A program made the position numbers and the translations under genes. From an uncultured delta proteobacterium (lineage in GTDB: Bacteria > Desulfobacterota > Binatia > Binatales > Binataceae): DNA of 64,000 bases. The notes beneath the pieces are model-generated. The model saw nothing but the letters and a program-made list of their open reading frames with translations. It did not search any database and was not told where the DNA came from. Every line of letters begins with the position of its first letter. Positions within the stretch are counted from its first letter, which is position 1. The stretch spans positions 66,847 through 130,846 of the forward strand of contig CAVRJV010000006.1 of NCBI GenBank assembly GCA_963721485.1. Direction: 5' to 3'. This document shows positions 19,855 through 28,075 of the stretch, one piece after another.

Positions 19855-20873
19855 ATGGGAGACGTTTCGATGCTGCATACGCCGATTTGCGATTACTTCG
19901 GAATCAAATATCCGATTCTGCTGGCCGGGATGGGCGGCGTCGCGATGCACAAGCTGGTCGCCGCGGTTTCCAACGCGGGCGGACTCGGCGTGATTGGCGC
20001 CGCGTCGCTCAGCCCCGACGATCTGCGCGACGAAATCCGCGCGACTCGCGAGCTCACCGACAAGCCGTTCGCCGTCGATCTGCTCGCGCCGATTCCCGAC
20101 ATGATGCGGCCGCACGTGCCCGTGATGATCGAGGAAAAGGTCAAGGTGTTCGTCGCCGGGCTGTCGGTGCCGCAGGAATTCGTCAAGGCGATGCAGGACC
20201 ACGGGAATGAAAATCGTCGTCATGTGCGGCAAGGTGCATCATGGCGAGTAAGGCGCAGCAAGCGGGCGCCGACGTGGTCGTCGCGCAAGGCACCGAGGCC
20301 GGCGGGCATACCGGCGAGATCGGGATGATGTCGCTGGTGCCGCAGATGATCGACGCGGTGCGACTGCCGGTGCTCGCCGCGGGAGGTATCGCGCATGGAC
20401 AGCCAGGTCGCCGCCGCGCTGACGCTCGGCGCGCAGGGCGTGGTCGATCGGCACGCGCTTCATCGCGACGCCCGAGGCGCAGGCGGCGCAGGGCTATCGC
20501 GAGGCGATCGTGAAGGCGCGCGAGGATTCCACGCTGCGCACGCGATGCTACACCGGCAAGCCTGCCGCGTGATCCGCACCGACTACGCGCTGGAATGGGA
20601 GAAGGATCCGTCGAAGATCAAGCCGTTTCCGAAGCAGGCGCTGGTATCGCGCGCAACGGCGTGATGAACTTTGCCGGCACGCGGCGGCGCCACGCCGATC
20701 CGGATCGCACCTTCATGCCGACCGGGCAGGGCGCGGGGCTGATCCACGAGATCAAACCGGCGGCGGAAGTGTTCGCCGATCTGATGCGCGAGACCGAGGC
20801 GGCGCTGCGCAAGGCGCAGCAATTGATGTCCGGCGATCCAGTACGCCAGCATTCGGCGGCGCCTGCGCGATAA
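19855..20873 (+). pseudogene. Nitronate monooxygenase (NMO / 2-nitropropane dioxygenase family), several frameshifts as assembled
   Basis: Fragments are 19855..20328 (ICDYFGIKYPILLAGMGGVA...SNAGGLGVIGA), 20241..20513 (GADVVVAQGTEAGGHTGEIG...PVLAAGGIA), 20395..20664 and 20595..20873. The motifs are contiguous only when the frames are joined. Confidence 0.75.
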
Positions 20874-20928
20874 GAGTCGCTGAATCCCTGCAATCGAACT
20901 ATCGGCGAGGCGATGGTAGGGTTTTTCT

Positions 20929-23079
20929 TTGGCTCGGGTGCAGAGTCCGGACTTATCGCGAATGCGTTTCCGCCGCAAAACTTTTATTCCATCAGCTGTC
21001 GTGCGCCTTCTGATTGTGGGTGCGTATGCGATTGCGCTGGCAATCGCATGCACGCCCGCATCGGCGGCGCCGTCCGCGGCGGCGCCAAGTGCCGACGCGA
21101 CCACCGCGCCGCAGCCGCAGGCTGCGTCGAGTCAAGCGTCCGTGAACGCGCCGGCGGGCGGGACGCCGCCCGACGCGCGCACCGTAATTTCGTATCTGAG
21201 CGACGTGATCAACTGGTACGGGCATCTCGGCGTCGAAGCGCAGCTCGTGCGCGATCCCGACGAGACGCTTTTTTTCGCCGATGACCGCCAGACCGCCGGC
21301 GAAGTACTCGGCTCGCTTTCGAGTACGCACGCGCGCAAGCAGCGTACATTGCCAAGGCCAACCCCGGCGCCGCCGCCGAGAATCCCGGCTGCGGGCTCGG
21401 CAGGCGACACCGGCCTCGCAAATGTGGTTCGCAGTCTGGATAAGCTCGACGCCGCGGCAAACAAGCTCCGCACACGCATCAAGGTTTGCAGGCGCAGCTT
21501 GCGAAGGCGCCGGCCGACAAGCGCGCTGCGATCGCATCCGCAAATTGAGGGCGCGCAGAACGAGCTCGATCTCAACCAGGCGCGCGTCGATGCGTTCAAC
21601 GCGCTCAAGCAGTACGAAAGCGGCAGTGCGCCGGATCAGAGCGTGGGACTGTTCGCGCAAATCGACGAGCTCGAGCATTCGATTTCCGACAGCAGCAAAA
21701 AGACGCGCCACGCCGGCCGATACCGAATGGTGGCGGCTCCGAGCCCACGGGATTCTCGGCCTCCTCACTGAACTGTTCGCGCTGGGCAACAAGCTCGACT
21801 CGCTCGAGCAGAACCGCGCGCTCGCGCAAACGCTGTCCTACACGGGCAGCCGCCGTGCGCAAGTCGATACTCACTCTGATCACCGCGCTCGACGCGCGCG
21901 GCAACGCACTGGCGCAGGGCGCTGGCGCCGCCGATATGGCACGCTCAAGGATCGCAAACAGGCGTTCGAGAACCTGCTCGAAGAGCACAAAATCCTGAGC
22001 GCGCCGCGCTGCCGCTCAGCAAGCAGATCGTGCTGCTGGGAATTTACGCGAACAACGTCGGCAGATGGCACGAGGCGATCCAGCAGCGCCGCAACCAGGA
22101 ATTGCGAAGGCTGTTGATTCGCCTGATCGTACTCGCCGGTTCGTTGCTGCTGATTTTCCTCGGAGCGGTCTGTGTGGCGATGGCTGGCCGCTCGCTACGT
22201 GACCGACGTTCGCCGCCGCGGGCAGGTGATGGCGGCGCGCCGCCTGGTGCTCGGCATGCTGATCGTGATCGTCGTGATGGTGAATTTCTCCGACGAGATC
22301 GGATCGGCCGCGACCGTGGTGGGATTCGCCGCCGCCGGTATCGCGCGTCGCGCTGCAGAACGTGATCCTGTCGATCGCCGGCTACTTCTTTCTTGATCGG
22401 CCGGTTCGGAATCAAGGCCGGCGATCGCGTTCAGATCGGCGGGGTGACCGGCGACGTGATCGACATCGGGCTGGTGAAGCTCTCGCTGATGGAACTCGGC
22501 GGCACCGGGACGCATCGCGAGCCCACCGGCCGCGTGGCGGTGTTTTCCAACGCGATCGTGTTTCAGCCATCGGGCAACTTCTTCAAGCAGGCGCCCGGCA
22601 CCAGCTTCGTGTGGAACGAGGTGCGGCTCACGCTCGCGCCTGACGTCGACTACCGGCTGGCCGAGAAACGCCTGCTCGAGGCGGTCGACGAAGTGTTCGC
22701 GCGCTATCGCGACCGCGTGATGCGCGACTACCGGCATCTCGAGCGCGACCTCAACGTCATGCTCGATACGCCCAAGCCGCAGAGCCGGCTGCATCTCAGC
22801 CAGTCAGGCCTTGAAATAGTCATTCGCTATCCAGCCGAGACTTACACGGCGCCGCAAATCACCGACGAAATTTCGCGCCGCGTGCTCGACGCGATCAACC
22901 GCGAGCCGAGCCTGCGACTTGTCGCCGCAGGGCAACGCGAATATCCAGTTGCAGGTGCCGCCGCCGACGCCGAAGATGGCGCCGATCGGGCCGACGCCAA
23001 TGGACAGCCGGCCGACGAGACGCAAGTCGCAACGGCGGCCGGTGAAAAATCCGCCGGTATCACGCGCGCGAATAAGTAG
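20929..23079 (+). pseudogene. Large MscS-family mechanosensitive channel (MscK-like periplasmic coiled-coil N-domain plus MscS core), multiple frameshifts as assembled
   Basis: Fragments are 20929..21771 (signal peptide and coiled coil), 21281..22117, 22030..22365, 22172..22396 and 22393..23079. The last contains the MscS beta-domain signature GIKAGDRVQIGGVTGDVIDIGLVKLSLMELGG...RVAVFSNAIV. The probable start is the ATG at 20962 (MRFRRKTF...). Confidence 0.7.
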
Positions 23080-23092
23080 AGTTCTCGGACTC

Positions 23093-23173
23093 GGAATCTG
23101 AATCGCGTGCGAAGACGCGCGCTGCGCAAGGACCCTCAGCTTTCGGAACCTCTCCATCCGGGGCGAGGGGCAG
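23093..23173 (+). repeat. REP-like element, family 2, copy 1 (GC palindrome flanked by TGAAT, then AGGACCCTCA, then CCTCTCC hairpin)
   Basis: Sequence is ggaatctgaatcgcgtgcgaagacgcgcgctgcgcaaggaccctcagctttcggaacctctccatccggggcgaggggcag. It aligns with 56093..56172 and with the split copy at 57343... It sits between convergent stops. Confidence 0.6.
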
Positions 23174-23178
23174 ATGGG

Positions 23179-23549
23179 TTACGCGGCGGGGTTGCCGGCG
23201 ATGCTGTCGACGATGTCGGCCAGTTCGGGGATCCGGTAGCGCTCGCCGTTGTAGGCCTTGTACATCAGGAAGACCCAAAAGACCGCCAGACCCGATGTCG
23301 ATCAGGGTCTGAATGAAACCGAGCAGCGCGCCCAATGCCATGCGGCAGGACCGCGATGAAAACGCCGAAGACGACATTGATCGCGAACCACGCCACCGAG
23401 AATCCGATCGACTGACGCGCGTGAAAGCGGATGAACTCATCCTGGTTGTAGGGCTCGAGGTACAGAAAAATAATGCCGGTGACGAAGACCCAGCAGATAG
23501 GCCAGAGCCGCAATCACGTTGGCTTGCGGCTTTCGGTGTCACCGTTCAT
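23179..23549 (-). pseudogene. DUF4870-domain membrane protein, frameshifts as assembled
   Basis: Track ORF 23265..23513 holds IFLYLEPYNQDEFIRFHARQSIGFSVAWFAINVVFGVF. The N-terminus (MNGDTESRKPT, ATG 23549) and the C-terminus (VFWVFLMYKAYNGERYRIPELADIVDSIAGNPAA*, stop 23179-23181) are readable in other frames. Confidence 0.6.
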
Positions 23550-24145
23550 CGCGCAAATTCTCCTTGCTCATCGCGAACCGATGATCGTGAGCGATCGTCA
23601 GGACTAATTTGTAGTCGAAGGTCAGGTGATCGCAATGCGCACCGATGCAGCGCGCGCACTGCGGCAAGGGCAGGCGTATCTGTTGCGCTACTGCGCGCGA
23701 TGCTTCGCTCGCCGCTTCGAGCCGATCCATCGCGTCGGTCGCATTGCGCGCCGTGGCGACCACTTCGAGCTGGGCACGGATGCGGTTGGCGAGCTGGCGG
23801 CGAAATACCGGCTTGGCGAGAAAGTCGCTGACCCCCAGCCGCATCCCCTCGGCGCGCGCATCGAAATCGTCGCGCGCGGTGATCATGATGATCGGAATCT
23901 CGGCGGTCGCCGGATTGTCCTTGAGCGCCTTGCACGACCTGGAAGCCGTCCATCTCGGGCATCATCAGGTCGAGCAGAATCACGTCGACTTCGTTTTCAT
24001 GCACCAGTTTGAGACATTGCGGCGCCCGGAATTGGCCTCGATTGGCGACGAAGCCCTCGCGCTGCAGATGGCGCGCGAGGATGGCGACGGTGTCGTGGTC
24101 GTCGTCGACCACCATGATTTGCGGCGACCTGATTGCTTCATCCAT
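23539..24145 (-). pseudogene. Response regulator receiver protein, frameshift(s) as assembled
   Basis: Track ORFs 23546..24145 ([24 protein letters not shown]...[17 protein letters not shown]) and 23539..23886 (IMITARDDFDARAEGMRLGVSDFLAKPVFRRQL) join to give a REC domain. Confidence 0.7.
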
Positions 24146-24161
24146 AGGATTCCCTGCTCGT

Positions 24162-25250
24162 CTAGCCTTCCTCGCTTTCGTCCGAAGACGCCGGCGCTAT
24201 CACGCCGCAGCGCCGCAGCTTGGCGGAAAAGGTCGTCCGCTTGAGTCCCAGCAGCCGTGCCGCCGCCTGCTTGTTTCCGCCGGTCTGCTTGAGCGCCTCG
24301 TTGATCAATCTTACCTTCCAATTCGCGCACCAAGGCGTTGAGGTTCACGCCGCCGTCGGTCAGCTTGACGCGTGATTGGCGTCGCGCGGGCCGCGCGCTC
24401 GCCACCAGGTTGGGCGGCAGAATCGACGTGTCGATAACCGAGTCCTCGCACATGATCACCAGCCGCTCGATCATATTCTCGAGCTCGCGCACATTGCCCG
24501 GCCAATCGTAGGACCACAGCGCGACCATCGCTTCGCCGGCTGATCGCGAGTTCGCGCGCCAGGCAGGCGATCGCGCATGCGTTCGAGAAAGTGTTCGATC
24601 AGAAGCGGGATATCGGAGCGCCGCTCGCGCAGCGGCGCAATCACGATCGGCACCACCTGCAAACGATAGAAGAGGTCCTCGCGAAACGCGCCCTTCGCCA
24701 CCGCCGGCGCCGAGGTCGACGTTGCTCGCCGCGATCACGCGCACATTGACGTGCGTGCCCCGGTCGGAGCCGACCGGACGCACCACCCCGTCCTCGAGCA
24801 CGCGCAGCAGTTTCGCTTGCAGCGCACCCGGCATCTCGCCGATTTCGTCGAGGAAGATCGTGCCGCCATCGGCCGTCGTCAACAGCCCGTGCCGCGATCC
24901 CGCCGCGCCGGTGAACGCGCCGCGCTCATGGCCGAACATCTCGGACTCGAGCAGGTCGTGCGGAATCGCCGCGCAGTTCACCGGCACGAACGGCTGCGCG
25001 CTGCGCGGCGACAGCGTATGGATGGCCTGCGCGACCACTTCCTTGCCGGTGCCGCTCTCGCCGGTGATCAGCACCGTCGCCTCGGTTGGCGCGACGCGCT
25101 CGATCAGCGCGCGCAGTTTGACGATGGCCGGATGCTCGCCGACCAGCGCCCGCTCGACCGCAAACGGCGTCTCGAGCCTCTGCGAATTTCGCTTGCAATG
25201 CCACCCCTGACTTCGCCCGTAACCGGCGGTACAGACTTTACCCGCCAGGT
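24162..25250 (-). pseudogene. Sigma-54-dependent transcriptional activator (AAA+ EBP with Fis-type HTH), several frameshifts as assembled; N-terminus unresolved
   Basis: Track ORF 23980..25074 carries the Walker A GESGTGKE, the GAFTGA loop ([11 protein letters not shown]), the Walker [10 protein letters not shown] and [10 protein letters not shown]. The HTH tail [30 protein letters not shown]...EEG* is readable in another frame, with its stop at 24162-24164. Upstream, [24 protein letters not shown] is in a third frame. Confidence 0.75.
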
Positions 25251-25440
25251 CACGTGCAGCAATCGTCTCACGCCGCCCGCGTGGTTGACAGGTCGATGAC
25301 TACCAGTGAGCAGAATAGACAAAGCAAGCTGCGGCTTATGGTTACGAGCAGAACACGAAACTACCTCAGATCGTCATCGGTCGAGTTGCGGTAGTGCGCC
25401 GACTGTCCCGGCCCCTCGGCCACCGAGATTTCCATCGTCG

Positions 25441-25893
25441 TCACTTCCTTGCAGCGCGCCGCGCGACGCGCAACGCCGCCGCCAGCTCGTCCCAGATATA
25501 GCGCGCGAGTTCCTCGGCCGAGCTATGCACGATCGGCACGATACACACGTCCGCGGCGGGCAGCACGAACTCGTCATTCTCGTAGCGGATTCGCACGACG
25601 CCAATTTCAGATTGGTCGACCGTCAGACAGTCGCTTTTGCCGGGGACGATCGTGCGCTCGTCGAGCCGATCGACGATCTCCTTGGTGAGTTTTTTGATCA
25701 ACCCGAAATCGATCACGTAGCCGGTCTGCGCCAGCCGCCCTTCGACGTACACGCCGACCTGGTAGTTATGGCCATGCAGCGGTTCGCGAAATCCCGGATA
25801 CGCGATAAAATGCGCCGCCGAGAATTTCAGATTCTCTTTGGCGACATGAATTGAAAATTTCGCGGCCATCGGTTCGCTCATGTCACTATACAA
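25441..25893 (-). CDS. 6-pyruvoyl-tetrahydropterin / 6-carboxytetrahydropterin synthase family protein (PTPS/QueD-like)
   Basis: 150 aa. Contains FSAAHFIAYPGFREPLHGHNYQVGVYVEG...GYVIDFGLIKK and IVHSSAEELARYIW. The start may instead be the internal ATG (MSEPM...). Confidence 0.8.
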   Translation of the reverse strand: MYSDMSEPMAAKFSIHVAKENLKFSAAHFIAYPGFREPLHGHNYQVGVYVEGRLAQTGYVIDFGLIKKLTKEIVDRLDERTIVPGKSDCLTVDQSEIGVVRIRYENDEFVLPAADVCIVPIVHSSAEELARYIWDELAAALRVARRAARK

Positions 25894-26782
25894 CGCCCGC
25901 CAGCTTCAGCAGCGGTCGCCAAGAGCGGCGGTGCGACGCGATGAAAACCGCTCGACCGTAGCGCGCCGCGTCGAGCGAGGTGGCCTCGAGAAACCGCTCG
26001 CGCTCGCCCCGCGCGATCGGCCCAAGATGCGCCGCCAGGTCGCGTGCGCAACCCGCATCCGCATCGAATCCCGCCGCCAGGTCGCCGACCTCCAGGCCAT
26101 GCAACCCGCCGAGAATACACTCGGCGTAATATCCAATCTGCCCCGCGCGATCGAAGCCGGGAATCTCGACGCGCATCGACTCGTCGAGCGAGAGCAGCCG
26201 GTCCATCCCGAATTCCTTGCGCCGCGAAACGACCTCGGGGTCGCCGCTGCCGTCGAATCCCGATCCGATCGCGATTATCGCCACCCGGCCGTCGTCGATC
26301 GGCACAGGATGAAACACGTAGCCGGGCGAGGTGTAGTCGAGCATCCTGCGCAACGCGACCCGATAAGCGAGCAGATCGAAATTCGTGCCGGTCGCGACTT
26401 CCATCAAGAACTCGCCAAGCGGTGTGCCCGCGCGGTCCGCAAGCTCAATCAACCGCTCGAACGCATCGGGATCGTATTCCTCCCGTCGCGCGATCATCGG
26501 CGCAAATTTGCGATCGAACGTCAGCAGCAAACCGCCGATCCCACCGCCGTCCGCCGCGACCGAAGCTTTGATCGGAACGCCACGATTGACAGGCTCGATA
26601 TCCATCGCGAGATATTTGCCATGACTCGACGGCTTGGCCAGTCCGCGGCGGGCATTGTGAATCGCCACCGGATGCGCATCGCGCGCGATCAACCTGCTCG
26701 CACCGCCGCGCCGCTCAGCCAGCAAGCCGTAGCCGCTGAGCAGGGAACCGTATCCGACGACTAGTATTTCGCGATTGCGCAA
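25886..26782 (-). CDS. Hypothetical protein with a GGCT/ChaC-like N-terminal motif
   Basis: Track ORF 25886..26896. Its first ~35 codons run through REP copy 26837..26890, so a later start (TTG at 26782) is more likely. ILVVGYGSLLSGYGL resembles the YGSL motif of gamma-glutamylcyclotransferase-like proteins. The rest is unrecognised. Its stop overlaps the PTPS start. Confidence 0.45.
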   Translation of the reverse strand: MRNREILVVGYGSLLSGYGLLAERRGGASRLIARDAHPVAIHNARRGLAKPSSHGKYLAMDIEPVNRGVPIKASVAADGGGIGGLLLTFDRKFAPMIARREEYDPDAFERLIELADRAGTPLGEFLMEVATGTNFDLLAYRVALRRMLDYTSPGYVFHPVPIDDGRVAIIAIGSGFDGSGDPEVVSRRKEFGMDRLLSLDESMRVEIPGFDRAGQIGYYAECILGGLHGLEVGDLAAGFDADAGCARDLAAHLGPIARGERERFLEATSLDAARYGRAVFIASHRRSWRPLLKLAGVV

Positions 26783-26836
26783 AGTTGATTCAGGAGCCGG
26801 GATTCTTCGCTTCGCTCTAAAATGACACAAAACACT

Positions 26837-26890
26837 GGGTGCAGGGGTCACCCCTGCCCAGGGAGGTGCGGAACCCACGGTGGGTTCTGC
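26837..26890 (-). repeat. REP-like double-hairpin element, family 1, copy A (inverted orientation)
   Basis: The reverse complement gcagaacccaccgtgggttccgcacctccctgggcaggggtgacccctgcaccc aligns with 36069..36122 and 38855..38908. Confidence 0.7.
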
Positions 26891-26914
26891 ATTCAATTAA
26901 GTGATTTTCCCTTC

Positions 26915-28012
26915 TTATATATCCTCCGCGCCCGGATAGTACTTCCCGTTGCCTAACGAATCGACTGCGGCCCAGAACACGGGGCCGCCCGGCTTCATCG
27001 GATCTTCGAGCGCCCATGCCTGCCGCTTGTAGTTCCAGCTCTCCGGGCGCAGCCGCTTGGCCTCCTCGAAATACTTCTGCGCCGCCCCCGGATGTCCGTG
27101 CTCGAACAAAAATTCGCCGAGCCTGAAATTCGCCGCCGCGCGGACCTGCGCGTCATCCGGCGTATGCATCCGCTTGAGCACTTCGGCGTCGCCGGGGACG
27201 AAGCGGCTCTTCGATCCGTTCGCCACCCAGTCGCGCAGTGCATCGAGGTATGCTTTGCGCTTGGCCTGCAGCTCGTTCATCGCGTCGGTGGGGATCGAAA
27301 AATTCGTTCGATTCATTTTTCGGAAAGCGTCGGTCACGCCGGCCGGCTCGCTCGGACGGACTATTTTCCCGCGCTCGTCGATCCAGACGGCGGTCGGCAC
27401 GTTGACCATGTCGTAAAGCTCGGCGACCAGATGCTGCCGGTCGATCAGGCATGGATAGGTGGGCTTGGCCGCCTTGATCCACGGCTCGGTCGCAGCATTA
27501 CCGCCGCTATCGAATGCGATCGCGATCGGCACGAAAGTTTTTGGTCCGAGTTCTTCGTAGAGGGCCTGCCAGACTGGCAGGTCAAAGCGGCATCCTCACC
27601 ACGAGGCCCATGAGACGACGAGGACTTTCTTGCCGCGATAGTCCGACAGCGAATGCGTCTTGCCGCCGAGATCGGGGAGGGTGAAATCCGGCGCCTCGAG
27701 TGAAGTCAGCACGCGCTTTCGCTCCGCGGCAGCCTCGCCGAAGCACCATGCGTTAAACTCCGGGTCCGACACGACGGGCTGTCCAAGGAGATTCGCCAGC
27801 GACGCAAGGTTGTAGCGGCTGCCATCGACAAGCTCGCTCGCACGCGCCGCGGGCACCGGCACGCAGATATCGCCTTTGCAGAAACCCTGCGGCTTGTACT
27901 CCCATCCGCTGACGCGCTTGAGATCATCGCCGCTAAGCCACAACGCGCCGCTCGCAGCGTCCGCATCGACGCCGCCGGTCACGCGGTCGCCGTATATAAT
28001 GTCGATAGCCAT
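26915..28012 (-). CDS. Thioredoxin-fold (TlpA/ResA-like) protein with a TPR-like C-terminus; candidate selenoprotein with an in-frame UGA (W-A-S-W-U-G-C)
   Basis: Track ORFs 27596..28045 and 26915..27532 share one frame and are separated only by the TGA at 27596-27598. Read-through gives ...DYRGKKVLVVSWASW[U]GCRFDLPVWQALYEELGPKTFVPIAIAFDSGG.... The ATG at 28012 is preceded by GAGGGTG. A SECIS-like hairpin lies 14 nt downstream of the TGA. Confidence 0.65.
27565..27581 (-). promoter_or_regulatory. Candidate bacterial SECIS hairpin
   Basis: The RNA reads 5'-CCUGCC-AGUCU-GGCAGG-3', a 6-bp stem with a 5-nt loop containing G-U. It starts 14 nt after the UGA, a spacing compatible with bacterial SECIS elements. 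Confidence 0.5.
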
Positions 28013-28075
28013 CGTTGATTCACCCTCGCGTCGAGATTTCAGCACAAATCCGGCGGACGCACCAAGCGCCTTTCT

